NCBI GenBank assembly: GCA_040397175.1
Contig: JBBAWM010000006.1
Location: forward strand, 1-58,913
Source of the DNA: Candidatus Limnocylindrus sp.
GTDB taxonomy: Bacteria > Chloroflexota > Limnocylindria > Limnocylindrales > Limnocylindraceae
Direction of reading: 5' to 3'
Length of the DNA stretch: 58,913 bases
Part shown: in pieces, positions 34,882-45,272 of the stretch
Layout: each line of letters begins with the position of its first letter
Position numbering within the stretch: position 1 is the first letter of the stretch
Made by a program: the position numbers and the translations under genes
The notes under the pieces: generated by a model
Told to the model about the DNA's origin: nothing
What the model saw: only the letters and a program-made list of their open reading frames with translations
Database searches by the model: none

Positions 34882-35397
34882 ATGCCCACTCTTTATGTCG
34901 CCAACTGCTCAAAGCAGAAACACGATTTCATCTACCGAATTCCGGAGGAAACCTCCATTCGGCGCCAGCAGATTGCGCCCGGTTCGCAGATCGTGGTTTA
35001 CCAGCCGAATTCCGCGCTTGAGATTGTGAAGGCCATCGTCGATCAGCACGCCATTTATGGCCTCGTTGACGTGGCCGACATCGACCGACGCAAGCCCTTC
35101 GTCGGGCTGTGCTATCGCTTCGACAAGCCGATTGTCGTTGAAAAAATCATGCAGGCCGATGAGCATAACTCCGGCGTGCTGGAGCGCGAAAGCCAGGAGG
35201 CGCGCAAGCTCTCTGCCGCCGCCCTGCACAGCGCCATTGAACGCGCCACGGAAGGCGCGGTGCGTGTTGAGAATCTTGAGCTTGAGGTGGTGCAGCAGAA
35301 CGGCAGCACCGAACCCGGCCTGAACGAAACCGTCAGCGTCACGCGCGAGCCGACCAGCGAACCGCCGCGTCGTGGACGACCGAGAAAAACAGCATGA
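34882..35397 (+). CDS. Hypothetical virion-assembly protein
   Basis: RBS GAGGA; ends RRGRPRK, as is common for genes following the capsid gene. Confidence 0.7.
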   Translation: MPTLYVANCSKQKHDFIYRIPEETSIRRQQIAPGSQIVVYQPNSALEIVKAIVDQHAIYGLVDVADIDRRKPFVGLCYRFDKPIVVEKIMQADEHNSGVLERESQEARKLSAAALHSAIERATEGAVRVENLELEVVQQNGSTEPGLNETVSVTREPTSEPPRRGRPRKTA

Positions 35398-35864
35398 ATA
35401 ATGCGCCCACCCTTGAAGGCTTTCAGGATTTCGTCACGAATGTGATGGGTATCAACCCGTTGTATTTGCCGTCCAACAGTCCTTCCATTGGGTGGGCGTT
35501 TTCCGTCGCTCTGATGATCGTAAACCCCGCGCTGGCGGTGGTGGCAACGCCCAGCATGGCGCCGGTTCAAACGAGCATTTACGAGCAGGCGGTTTACAAT
35601 CTGGCTGGCGACAACCTGATCAACTACGCTCAGGACCAGCCGGGCCGCACCTATTTCGCTGATCTGCGCAAAGCATATGGCCTCAACGCCTTCGCCGCAG
35701 GCGTCGTGACCTCCGCATCCGACAGCGGCACCAGCGACAGCCTTGCGGTGCCGGAAGCCTTGCAGGCGCTGACGCTCTCGCAGTTGCAGAACGTCAAAAC
35801 TCCCTGGGGCCGTCAATATCTGGCGTATGCGCAAACCTACGGCACAATGTGGGGTGTGGCATGA
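35394..35864 (+). CDS. Head-tail adaptor (DUF4054-like)
   Basis: GVVTSASD.GTS and KTPWGRQYL motifs. Confidence 0.7.
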   Translation: MNNAPTLEGFQDFVTNVMGINPLYLPSNSPSIGWAFSVALMIVNPALAVVATPSMAPVQTSIYEQAVYNLAGDNLINYAQDQPGRTYFADLRKAYGLNAFAAGVVTSASDSGTSDSLAVPEALQALTLSQLQNVKTPWGRQYLAYAQTYGTMWGVA

Positions 35865-36316
35865 CAATCCTGCACCTCGGCGTGATCGACCAGCCGTATG
35901 ACAACATCGTCGGCGCCACGACCGGTATGGTGGCCGAAATCCTTGAAGACAAATACCACGTCATGGAGGTGTTTTTTGAAAGCCGCGTTGATGAGGTAAT
36001 CGGCGCGCTTGAGCGGTCCATTCAGGGCGCCATCGACGCATTGGACATGGGCGCTCCCGTCGAAAACATTGATCCCTTTGGTGGCGCCACGAGCGAAATT
36101 GAAGCGGCGTTTCGGCACTTTCTTGATAGCAAAGAAATGGAAAGCCTGGGAATTCCCGGCGTTCCAACGCAAGCGGCGCTTGATGGCGTAAGCCATCGGT
36201 TCAAAAACCCGCGCTACAAAAAAACCGCAGGCGGCAAAAAAGTGAAGCGCTCTCCGCGCCCATCTTTCATCGATACGGGGCTTTATGAGGCAAGCATGAA
36301 GTCTTGGTTTACCTGA
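35861..36316 (+). CDS. Neck/tail-completion protein
   Basis: L.LGV N-terminus and PRPSFIDTG.Y C-terminus; position. Confidence 0.6.
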   Translation: MTILHLGVIDQPYDNIVGATTGMVAEILEDKYHVMEVFFESRVDEVIGALERSIQGAIDALDMGAPVENIDPFGGATSEIEAAFRHFLDSKEMESLGIPGVPTQAALDGVSHRFKNPRYKKTAGGKKVKRSPRPSFIDTGLYEASMKSWFT

Positions 36317-37269
36317 TGGCGACCGTTGATGAAACCATCGCCAACCTGCCGCTCCGCGACGCCCTGCAAGCGGGAATTCAGTCGCTCTCGGCTGGCGAGA
36401 CAATCCGTTTCACTAAATACATAAAGCGCATCCTGCCGATTGACGGCTACGTTTTTTGGCTGGCGGGTGAAAGTATCGAAATCGCGGGTTCGTTCCACTA
36501 TTCGGTGGGACGCACGCAACGCGAGGATGAAACGGTTTCTATCAACAAGGTGGTGTTCACTACCACTGACGAAATTTCCGAATTCAATGTGGTCGATCCG
36601 CAGACCCTTTGGATTGCTACCTTCGATGGTATCCGCTTCGCCTTCGCTCGACGCGGCAATCGCTACACGCAAGCGGGCGTCAACCACTACGAAGGCGATG
36701 CGGTTTATTCTGCCCTGGCCTCTCAGCTTGTTGAGAACCTCTACACGCTGCTCGCGTCGGAGCCTATCGTCTCCAACAGCCTGCCCGCGTGGCTGACAAT
36801 CCAGACCTATTCGCCAATTTGGCTTGCGCCATACAATCCGAACATTTTGCTTTATCCGTCCTACCTTGTGCCCGCGAACATCAGCCCCCCTTATGGCGTG
36901 GTGCATATCGAGCCGGGCCGCACAAACGCAATTCAAGCCGCGCCGCGTTTGACGGCCAACGCGACACATTATCAGCTTGCAACGGACCACGTTCGCGTGA
37001 CTCTATACGGTTACAACAACGCGCAAGCTCAAGACTGGATCGACACGGTGAACCAATACAGTGTTGATACCGACGTGCTGGGCATTATGAGCATGCCAAT
37101 CATGCGCGACGAAAAGCGTGGCCAGATGGAGCTTCAGGCCATCGCAATGAAGAAGACAATCGAGTTTGATGTGAGCTATTATCAGACCCGCATCAACGAT
37201 ATTGCGCGTCAGCTAATCGAAAGTTGCATCGTGCAGTATGAAGTTTCACCGTATCCAACCGCTGCATAA
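36316..37269 (+). CDS. Head-closure/tail-terminator-type neck protein
   Basis: Position upstream of the sheath; apparent two-domain beta protein. Confidence 0.55.
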   Translation: MATVDETIANLPLRDALQAGIQSLSAGETIRFTKYIKRILPIDGYVFWLAGESIEIAGSFHYSVGRTQREDETVSINKVVFTTTDEISEFNVVDPQTLWIATFDGIRFAFARRGNRYTQAGVNHYEGDAVYSALASQLVENLYTLLASEPIVSNSLPAWLTIQTYSPIWLAPYNPNILLYPSYLVPANISPPYGVVHIEPGRTNAIQAAPRLTANATHYQLATDHVRVTLYGYNNAQAQDWIDTVNQYSVDTDVLGIMSMPIMRDEKRGQMELQAIAMKKTIEFDVSYYQTRINDIARQLIESCIVQYEVSPYPTAA

Positions 37270-37281
37270 CAGGAGTTTCCC

Positions 37282-37671
37282 ATGCCCCAAAGCCCGAACC
37301 AAGTTTTCCCCGGCGTCGCCAGCGGCGTTGCCAAGCCGCAGTATATGGACGCCCAGGGCGTTCAGGTGGTTGCCAACGCCGCCTCGGCTGCGCTCAACAT
37401 CACCGCTGCCGCCGTCATCAAGGCGACCCCGGGCCGCATCGCGCGCATCGTGATCCTGGCCCCCGGCAGCACCTCGGGCGCTTTCACGTTCAACAACTGC
37501 GCTACCACGGGCGCTGCGACGACCGCCAATCAGGTGTTTACGCTCCCCTACAACGGCACGAACAACATTGCCGGTGCGGTATTCGACATCAGCGTTCCCT
37601 GCTCGGCGGGCATCGTTTGCTCGGCGGTTCCGGGCGCTGGCTCGCCGCGTGTGCTTGTGACCTACACCTAA
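37282..37671 (+). CDS. Small beta-rich virion protein
   Basis: AGGAG RBS and strong codon bias. Confidence 0.6.
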   Translation: MPQSPNQVFPGVASGVAKPQYMDAQGVQVVANAASAALNITAAAVIKATPGRIARIVILAPGSTSGAFTFNNCATTGAATTANQVFTLPYNGTNNIAGAVFDISVPCSAGIVCSAVPGAGSPRVLVTYT

Positions 37672-37705
37672 GCCGTCGCAGCATCGTCCTACCTAGGAGA
37701 AGTCA

Positions 37706-39316
37706 ATGCCAACCATTGTACAAGTGAATGTGACGCAGACGGTTGGCGCAGCGCCCGCCACTCTGCAAAAGACGGGCGCGCTGCTCTCCCAAGGCGGGAC
37801 GACCACCAGCCCGGGCACCGCGACGCTCATCACTCAGGAAGCCGACCTCACGGCGATCCTAACGGCACCCGCCCCGCTAACTCAAGTAGTGGTGGCCGGT
37901 TCCACAGTGACAGCCACGACGGTTTCGCCGCACGGCTACACCGTCGGCAGCCAGATCGTCTTGACGATGACTGGCATCGACGATGGCGGTTTGGGTGAGT
38001 CGGCTTATGATGGCACCTATCTTTGCACCATCACCACTTCGACCGAATACATCTACGATCTAGGCCAAGCGTTGATCTTGGCTTCGGGCACGGGCGGCAC
38101 ATTCGTGCCACAAAGCTCGATCCAACTTGCCGCCATGGGCAACACGTTCTTTGCCCAGGGTTCCGGCCTTTCCTGCTATGTGCTGGAACTTGGGCCGGGC
38201 AACACTGAGGATGGTGTGGCCACGCTGGCCGCTTACATCCAGGCCAATCCAAACAGCGACTACACGCCCGGCGGCGAAGGCTATTTCTACGCCTATGTGG
38301 TCCCGAAAGAATGGGACAGCAACGCGGATTTCCTGAATCTGCTGGCGGAATTCGAATCCACCACGGCGCGCACCTATTTCTTCATCACGACCACGCTGGC
38401 CACATACGGCAGCTATACCAACCTGATGAAGTGCGCGTTCACGTTGATTGAGTCGCCGCAATTCGGCGTCTATGGCGCGAACGCACTGACCAACGCGGTT
38501 TGGGCCTCCGGCGCCGTCACGTTCACGACCACCAGCACTAGCGGCATTTCTAAGGGCGACTGGTTCACCATCGTGGGCTGCACGCCTTCGGGCTACAACG
38601 GCACCTACCAAGCCGTGGTGGCCAATGGCGTGGACGTGACGGCTTACAAAACGGTTGACCCGGGCGCTCTCACTGTTACTGGCAGCCTCAAGGCCAGCCT
38701 GTATGGCAATGCGGGCGCTCCGGTCACGGAATTCTCGGTGGCTTCGGCTTTCTGGAATTTCTTGGCATACGAACCCAGCGCGGCCAACCTTGTCGCCCCG
38801 TTCGCCTTCAAATACCTCTACGGCGTGACTCCGTTCCCGACGCGCGGCAACAACGCTCTGCTGACCACGCTCAAGAACGAAAGCGTCAACGTCGTGGGCA
38901 CTGGCGCGGAAGGCGGCATCAGCAACGCCATTCTGCTCTGGGGCACGATGATGGACGCCCACGATGCCACCTACTGGTATTCAGTGGACTGGGTGCAAAT
39001 CAACATGGACATCACCATTTCCAACGCGGTGATCAACGGTTCGAACAACCCCCAGAATCCGCTGTATTACGACCAGAACGGCATCAACCGGCTTCAGGCG
39101 GTGGCGCAGACGGTTATGCGCAACGCCATTTCCTTCGGCCTCGCGCTCGCGCCGATCACGGTTAACGCGGTGCCGTTCGTCACCTACGTCTCGCAGAACC
39201 CGGCGGATTACCCTGCTGGCATCTATCGCGGCCTTTCGGTCACCTACACGCCGCAGCGTGGCTTCATCCAGATTGTGTTTTACGTCAACGTCTCGTCGTT
39301 CCCGGCTGGCGGCTGA
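37706..39316 (+). CDS. Contractile tail sheath protein (DUF3383-like)
   Basis: IVQVNV N-terminus; WYSVDWVQI and LYYDQNGINRL C-terminal motifs. Confidence 0.82.
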   Translation: MPTIVQVNVTQTVGAAPATLQKTGALLSQGGTTTSPGTATLITQEADLTAILTAPAPLTQVVVAGSTVTATTVSPHGYTVGSQIVLTMTGIDDGGLGESAYDGTYLCTITTSTEYIYDLGQALILASGTGGTFVPQSSIQLAAMGNTFFAQGSGLSCYVLELGPGNTEDGVATLAAYIQANPNSDYTPGGEGYFYAYVVPKEWDSNADFLNLLAEFESTTARTYFFITTTLATYGSYTNLMKCAFTLIESPQFGVYGANALTNAVWASGAVTFTTTSTSGISKGDWFTIVGCTPSGYNGTYQAVVANGVDVTAYKTVDPGALTVTGSLKASLYGNAGAPVTEFSVASAFWNFLAYEPSAANLVAPFAFKYLYGVTPFPTRGNNALLTTLKNESVNVVGTGAEGGISNAILLWGTMMDAHDATYWYSVDWVQINMDITISNAVINGSNNPQNPLYYDQNGINRLQAVAQTVMRNAISFGLALAPITVNAVPFVTYVSQNPADYPAGIYRGLSVTYTPQRGFIQIVFYVNVSSFPAGG

Positions 39317-39332
39317 GTAGGAGAAAACAACC

Positions 39333-39779
39333 ATGGCAGCTAATCCGCAAATTGCTCAGGGCACGCTTAACCGGTTACGGGGCAGCGTCGTTATCCCTGA
39401 CTACCCAGCCTTGCAGGTCACCGCCCCCTTCCTGGGGCGCCCTGGCATCGCTATCGCATTTGAAGGCGAAACGACCACGATGATCCCGACGATGACGGGC
39501 ACCATCACATCGCCGTTCCCATACCAGATGGTGACGGTGACCATTTCGCTGCTCAAAACCCAGAATCTCGCGGCGCTTTGGGAAACGCAGCGCCAAGAGA
39601 TAAGCACGATTGGCGATATCACGGTGACGCCCGATACCACTTCGCTTCCGTCCTATACCTTTAACAACTGCGCTATCCAGAATGTGCGTGAGTTGAATTT
39701 CGCAGGCGAGGACGCGAGCTATTCCGTCACCGTCAGCGGCTATTACCAGATCAACAACAACCTTTGGAATCTGGTTTGA
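39333..39779 (+). CDS. Tail tube protein
   Basis: 148 aa, directly after the sheath, beta-rich. Confidence 0.75.
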   Translation: MAANPQIAQGTLNRLRGSVVIPDYPALQVTAPFLGRPGIAIAFEGETTTMIPTMTGTITSPFPYQMVTVTISLLKTQNLAALWETQRQEISTIGDITVTPDTTSLPSYTFNNCAIQNVRELNFAGEDASYSVTVSGYYQINNNLWNLV

Positions 39780-39785
39780 TCGAAC

Positions 39786-39843
39786 GGGTGCAGCTAGGGC
39801 GACGGCCCGAAAAGCAGGAATAGTCCACCTGCCTGCTGCACCC
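39786..39843 (+). ncRNA. C4-like structured RNA (three-way junction)
   Basis: Outer stem GGGTGCAGC/GCTGCACCC enclosing GGGC-GACG-GCCC and GCAGG-N9-CCTGC, joined by TA and GAAAA. Confidence 0.6.
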
Positions 39844-39873
39844 TAACCTCTCGGACGCGAAGGATGACGCAAA

Positions 39874-40443
39874 ATGAAAATTAACAACAAGTTGAATTTG
39901 GTAGTCGAGGTTGAAACCAGCGAAGGCACTATCTTCGTGCACAGCACGCCGCTTTCGCGTGAAGTGTTTGAGCGGTATTTCCTGATTATCGGCAAGACAT
40001 TTGCGAGCCTGATCAGCGAGGGGTTGAGCTTCGTTTCTGGCCCCCGCGTGGCGGCGATGATGCTCAGGAAGATTGCTCAGGACGCTGGTGTTTGGGAGGG
40101 GCGCGACGGGATCAACAACGGGCTGATGGCCGAAATTCGTCGGCTTTCAAGCGTGGTGATTCCTAGCACGTCAGGGTGGGTGACGATGCCCCTCCAAGAT
40201 GCCATCGACCGAAAAGCGATGGACGAAGATGATATTGCGGAGGTAGAAGGGCTGATCACTTTTTTTATCTGCGCCTCTGCTATGTCCCGGAAGACCGAGA
40301 TCGGCCCCGTTCTGGAGAGGATGCGTTTGTGGGGTGCGTTGACCACATCGTTGAACTCTACGGAATACGCCGCCTCATTGCCGACATCGACAACGGAAGA
40401 CACTTCGGAGGCGCCGATGATCACCTCGTCAGTGCCGCACTAG
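39874..40443 (+). CDS. Tail assembly chaperone
   Basis: Lies between tube and tape measure; an overlapping -1 frame is open to 40571. Confidence 0.7.
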   Translation: MKINNKLNLVVEVETSEGTIFVHSTPLSREVFERYFLIIGKTFASLISEGLSFVSGPRVAAMMLRKIAQDAGVWEGRDGINNGLMAEIRRLSSVVIPSTSGWVTMPLQDAIDRKAMDEDDIAEVEGLITFFICASAMSRKTEIGPVLERMRLWGALTTSLNSTEYAASLPTSTTEDTSEAPMITSSVPH

Positions 40444-40571
40444 GGTGGGTTGCTGGAGAAGGATTTTACGATTTTTTCGGCAAGCATGTGGACGATTGGC
40501 GGTGGGATTCCGTCTCTGAGTTTCGCCAGCGCCATTTTTCTACGGCGCTGAAACGGATAGGAATGGGTTGA

Positions 40572-42422
40572 ATGGCGGTCAAAAGCATCATTGATGTCGA
40601 TGTGAACGACGACGCCTTCAAGGCGTTTATGGAGATGTTCTCCAAGTATCAGGCAGCTCTGAAAAAGCTGCCGGGTGCTTGGAATGCGGCGGGCAAATCC
40701 ATCGACAAATCTGGGTCAGTCATCGAAGACATGACCGACGCCATGGGGCGTCAGGTTGACATCATCAACAAGCAAACGCGCGAGCAAGAGAAAATGCGGC
40801 GCGAGGTTGATAAAACCAACCGCTCAATGACCGATCTGGGGCGCAGCACGGCGCGCGTGGCGGGCGGCATCAAAGACATTACCTTATCCCTGCTTAAATT
40901 TAGCACTCTGACCAGCGCCTTCGGGCTTTTGTCTGGCGCCACGGGGCTTATGGGCTTTGAGGCGCTGGCACGCTCGGCCAGCCAGCAACGCACGCAGTCG
41001 ATGGGGCTTGGCATTACGCCAGGACAGCTTCAGGCGGCGAACATCACCTATGAGCGGATTGGCGGGGGAGGATCGACGCTTTCCAGCATTGCGGACATTC
41101 AGAACGATGTGACGCGGCAATACCTTCTCTCAACCCGCCTTGGCATCAGCCAGCAAGACATTCAGAACAAAAACCCGTTTGAGCTTTTGCCGCAAACATT
41201 AAGCGCCATTCGTTCGCGCTATTTGGCCATTCCAGAAAACCTTCGTGGCACTTTGGCACCATCGTTGGGGCTGACAGAATTTGGCCTTTCTGCGCAGCAG
41301 CTTCGCCAGCTTGGTGGCATGTCTGAGGAAGAGTTGACCGGCCTTGGCACTTCGCTCTCAAGAAACGCGGAGCGAATCGGTGGCAACAATGACATCAATC
41401 GACGTTATCAAGACTTTCTTGAGCAGCTTGGCGTCGCTGGAGCACGGCTGCAAACTACCTTAATTGACAAACTCACGCCGCTTGCCGAACCTCTTGGCAA
41501 ATTAGTTGATGCCTTTACCAGCCTTGCCGCGTCCGCCCTGGGCAGCAATACGTTTCGTGATGGGCTGAAGGCGTTTGCCGATTGGATCAACAGTTTCGCG
41601 CAAACGCTAGGGACGGAAGAAACCAAAACGTCTATTGCATCATTTATTGAAGAAACTGGAAAAATGGCTACTAGCATGATGAATGCGGGCAGATCGGTGC
41701 TATCATTCATTGAGGCTATGGGAAGTGTCGTCGGGTGGATTAGGCGCCAATTTTCGTTCACTCGTCCAGATGTTCCCGCACCGGGCAATCCAATGGGTGA
41801 CTACAACCCAATGTCTTACAGCCCCGGTGACTATAATACCTTCATCGACCAAATGACTCGCGCTGAAAGTGGCGGCAGAGATGACGCTCGCAATCCACGT
41901 TCTTCGGCTAGTGGACGGCATCAATTTATTGATGAAACGTGGCTGAGTGTAGCGAGGCGGTTTGGCGGTTCGCGCATTGCCGGAATGTCTGAAGAGCAAA
42001 TTCTTGCGTTGCGATCTGACGCCAATTTTTCACGTCAAATGGCGTTATCACATACGCAATTTGATATTGCGCCGGAGCTATTGCGCTCCGGAGTGGACCC
42101 GACAAATCTCGCGCTTTATGCCGGTTGGCATTTTGGTGGGCGGGGCGGCGCCGCAGTTATGCAAGCGGGCAACGATACTCCAATGAGTCAAATTCTCAGC
42201 GCAAAAGCAATTGCAGCCAATCCACACCTGCAAAATTTAACAGCGGGCCAATGGCGCAATAGGTATTTGGGTCAATTCCCCGGCGGAGGCGAAGGACAGC
42301 CCGGAAGGCAAGCTCTCACCGTTCAGCCGGGACAGGCTGTTAACATAGTGATCAGCGACAGCACGGGTGGTAACATCATCAACACGTCAACATCGCTTGG
42401 CGCACCGAGGTTTGCCGTATGA
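40572..42422 (+). CDS. Tape measure protein with C-terminal lysozyme-like/transglycosylase domain
   Basis: Helical Ala/Leu-rich body; AESGG...ARNPRSSASG.HQFI..TW and LYAGWHFG motifs. Confidence 0.85.
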   Translation: MAVKSIIDVDVNDDAFKAFMEMFSKYQAALKKLPGAWNAAGKSIDKSGSVIEDMTDAMGRQVDIINKQTREQEKMRREVDKTNRSMTDLGRSTARVAGGIKDITLSLLKFSTLTSAFGLLSGATGLMGFEALARSASQQRTQSMGLGITPGQLQAANITYERIGGGGSTLSSIADIQNDVTRQYLLSTRLGISQQDIQNKNPFELLPQTLSAIRSRYLAIPENLRGTLAPSLGLTEFGLSAQQLRQLGGMSEEELTGLGTSLSRNAERIGGNNDINRRYQDFLEQLGVAGARLQTTLIDKLTPLAEPLGKLVDAFTSLAASALGSNTFRDGLKAFADWINSFAQTLGTEETKTSIASFIEETGKMATSMMNAGRSVLSFIEAMGSVVGWIRRQFSFTRPDVPAPGNPMGDYNPMSYSPGDYNTFIDQMTRAESGGRDDARNPRSSASGRHQFIDETWLSVARRFGGSRIAGMSEEQILALRSDANFSRQMALSHTQFDIAPELLRSGVDPTNLALYAGWHFGGRGGAAVMQAGNDTPMSQILSAKAIAANPHLQNLTAGQWRNRYLGQFPGGGEGQPGRQALTVQPGQAVNIVISDSTGGNIINTSTSLGAPRFAV

Positions 42423-43147
42423 GCGTTCTTGATACCATCGGCCGCACTGTCTATCAGCTAGGCTTTGAAGTCAGCCCAATCATTTTCACGAATGGCATTG
42501 CCGCGCTCACGCGGGGTTACCTCCCAATCATTGCCATCACGGAAGGTCCCAACTTGTTGGCATCCGTGCTGGCAGGTAGCAACCCGTTCAACCTCGACAA
42601 ATTTTTTGCTCACTTTACTCCGGTGCCCGGCGGAAAGCTGGCCAATTATGCAGTCGGTCAATATCCTTTCGCCAATCAGTCGGTGGCGGCAAATGCAATC
42701 ATCAGTGAGCCGCTTACAATCTCCATGCGCATGTCGATCCCCGTCAACAAGCCGGGCGGACATACGGCGAAACTGATCACAATGACGATGCTGCAAGCCG
42801 TCATTCAAAAGCACGCTAATCTTGGCGGAACCTACACCATCGCAACGCCCGCTGGGTTTTATACCAATTGCATTCTAACCGGCCTCACGGATGTCAGTAC
42901 GGGTGACAGCCCAATTCCGCAGAACACTTGGCAATGGGATTTCGTGCAACCTTTGGTGACGCTTCAAGCGGCAGCGGCGGCGCAAAGCTCTTTCATGAAT
43001 ACCGTTTCGCAAGGGCTGCCTACGGCTGGCTCGCTTGACGCCAGCGCTGCCAGCGCAGCAGTGCCTTCCGTTGCTTCTGGTGCAGGCACTACAGGACTCA
43101 GCCCAATAACAGCATCGCCACCTTCTGGTGGAGGGCCAATCCTATGA
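42419..43147 (+). CDS. Baseplate/tail tube initiator protein
   Basis: First gene after the tape measure; YPFANQ.VAANA motif. Confidence 0.6.
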   Translation: MSVLDTIGRTVYQLGFEVSPIIFTNGIAALTRGYLPIIAITEGPNLLASVLAGSNPFNLDKFFAHFTPVPGGKLANYAVGQYPFANQSVAANAIISEPLTISMRMSIPVNKPGGHTAKLITMTMLQAVIQKHANLGGTYTIATPAGFYTNCILTGLTDVSTGDSPIPQNTWQWDFVQPLVTLQAAAAAQSSFMNTVSQGLPTAGSLDASAASAAVPSVASGAGTTGLSPITASPPSGGGPIL

Positions 43148-43632
43148 CCACATACACGCAATTCACGCCGTCGCTTACGCAGGTTTTTAGCTTTCGCCCG
43201 GCTTTGGACGGCACTACCTATAACATCACCATTCCATGGTCCCTTTTTGGACAAAGGTATTATGTGACGTGCAGAACGCTGGGCGGCGCTCTGGTGTTTT
43301 CGGTTCCGCTTATTGGTTCGCCTGCTGGCGTTAACGTGCAAGGCGCGACGTGGGAGCAAAGCACGGCCACAATCACCGCATCAACACCGCACGGATTCAA
43401 AATTAATTCCATCATCAACCTCACAATTTACGGTATGGTTCCGACAGCTTATAACGGCACGTTTCCTTGCAAGATCATCAACGACACGCAATTCACGTTC
43501 GCACTAAATTCCTTTCCGGGCGAAGTTTCCACGCTGGGTTCCGTGCAATACAATATCGACCTTGCCGCTGGATATTTTGCTTCCACTTTGGTTTACCGCG
43601 AACAAAACCGGGTGTTTGAGGTGACGCCGTGA
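43144..43632 (+). CDS. Baseplate protein with inserted beta module
   Basis: F.F...LDG..Y...I.W..FGQRYY N-terminus; position. Confidence 0.6.
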   Translation: MTTYTQFTPSLTQVFSFRPALDGTTYNITIPWSLFGQRYYVTCRTLGGALVFSVPLIGSPAGVNVQGATWEQSTATITASTPHGFKINSIINLTIYGMVPTAYNGTFPCKIINDTQFTFALNSFPGEVSTLGSVQYNIDLAAGYFASTLVYREQNRVFEVTP

Positions 43633-44672
43633 GGTTCTACGAAATCGTCATCACTGACCCAACCAACCCCGATAGTCGGCAGGTTTACACAAGCTGGTTT
43701 AATGGCCAGAACGACCCCGGCGCGTTGAACGTGATTTTTGATTTTCCTGTCGTGCCTTACAGCACCACGCGCGGCGCTGCGATGGTGGAAATTTCAGGAA
43801 TTCCGCTTCAAAGCATCAGCTTTGCCACCAACCTCAACAACAAAAACGTTTCTATCTCGGCTGGTTTTAAGCCGGGGCTTCCTCTGGCTACGCAGGCATC
43901 AAGGTATCAAGAAGGGCCGATTGTCGTTGGTTTCATTCTGCAAGCCTACGGAAACTGGATTGGCACCAGCATGACCCTGAACTTGGTCATATCGCCCGGC
44001 CAATCCTCAACCCCTCCGCAGACTGCTACCACGACGGCTCAGCAGCCTGTAGCCGCAGCCGCAACCGCAACTCCGCCCCTTGGCTCCCCTCAACAGCCAG
44101 CCAATTTTAATTTCACAATGCCAGTTGGCATGAACATGGAAACGGCAATTCGCAACACGCTGTCCACCGCCTTGCCAACTTTTGCGCGAGAAATCAAAAT
44201 CAGGAATATTGTCGCGCCAGGACCACGAAATTTTGTATCTCGATCTCTGACCGAGTTTGCGCAAAAAATTAAACAGCTTTCGCAGCAAATTGAAGGCGAA
44301 TTTTATCGTGGCGTTGAAATCGTAATGCAAGGCGGCAATGCCATTCTTGTGTATGACGGCACCATTGAAACCAAGCAAATAGACATTCAGTTTTCAGATT
44401 TAATTGGTCAGCCGACATGGATTGAACCGTTAAAAATCCAATTCAAATGCCCGATGCGTGCTGATTTCCAGGTAGGGTATAACGTGAAACTGCCAGAAGG
44501 CTTTTATGGGGTGCAGCCCAACGCCCCCAGCATTCCGTATGATTATCGCTTTCAATCCGCGCAGCAGGACAGATACAACATTATTGAGCTTCGGCATGTT
44601 GGAAATTTCCGGCAACCTGATGGCAATTCCTGGGCCACCATCGTGACCTGCGCATTCATTCCAACGAGTTAA
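43629..44672 (+). CDS. Baseplate hub protein
   Basis: DLIGQPTW and RHVGNFR...W C-terminal motifs; precedes the spike gene. Confidence 0.7.
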   Translation: MRFYEIVITDPTNPDSRQVYTSWFNGQNDPGALNVIFDFPVVPYSTTRGAAMVEISGIPLQSISFATNLNNKNVSISAGFKPGLPLATQASRYQEGPIVVGFILQAYGNWIGTSMTLNLVISPGQSSTPPQTATTTAQQPVAAAATATPPLGSPQQPANFNFTMPVGMNMETAIRNTLSTALPTFAREIKIRNIVAPGPRNFVSRSLTEFAQKIKQLSQQIEGEFYRGVEIVMQGGNAILVYDGTIETKQIDIQFSDLIGQPTWIEPLKIQFKCPMRADFQVGYNVKLPEGFYGVQPNAPSIPYDYRFQSAQQDRYNIIELRHVGNFRQPDGNSWATIVTCAFIPTS

Positions 44673-44675
44673 ACC

Positions 44676-45272
44676 ATGGCCAATAACGCACAAACCACGC
44701 CTTTCGCTCGCGGCATCGTCAATTACACGCGCTCCGAAATTGACGCGCAAATCCAGCAGCTTGGGCAAGCGCTGCCGGTGTCGGTGGTGGCGGTGAACAA
44801 CGCCATGGTGACGGTCAATTTCGAACTCAACGGCCCGATCACGTTTCCGCAGATTGAGGTGCCGCAAGCGATTTCGCGCTACGCTCGCCCGCCAACCCAG
44901 GTGGGCGACAAGGGTTTCGTGATGTCGGCTGATGCCTACCTCGACGGAATTACGGGGCTTGGCACTGGCACTGCGACCTACAACCAGCCTCCGCCCAACC
45001 TTTCGGCTTTGGTGTTCTTTCCGCTCGCAAATACGTCCTTCCCAATCGTGGACGCAAACGCCTATAATATCACAGGGCCAAACGGTTGCGTCATCAAGGA
45101 CGACAGCGGTGCAAGCGTGATAACCCTAACGCCATCGTCCATCACTCTTTCCTGCGGAGGGCACTCCATCGTGATCAACAGCAGCGGAGTGATAATCGAC
45201 GGCAAGACGTTCTTGACACACCAGCACAGCGGCGTGCAGTCGGGCGGTTCTAACACGGGTAATGTCGTCTGA
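44676..45272 (+). CDS. Baseplate central spike (gpV/gp45-like)
   Basis: OB-fold N-terminus (VGDKG), beta repeats, C-terminal HQHSGVQSG metal-binding apex. Confidence 0.85.
   Translation: MANNAQTTPFARGIVNYTRSEIDAQIQQLGQALPVSVVAVNNAMVTVNFELNGPITFPQIEVPQAISRYARPPTQVGDKGFVMSADAYLDGITGLGTGTATYNQPPPNLSALVFFPLANTSFPIVDANAYNITGPNGCVIKDDSGASVITLTPSSITLSCGGHSIVINSSGVIIDGKTFLTHQHSGVQSGGSNTGNVV

Noticed and set aside
39786-39843. tRNA gene
   Set aside because: Only two internal arms, no TTC-containing T-loop and no CCA end; no tRNA was recognised anywhere in the window.
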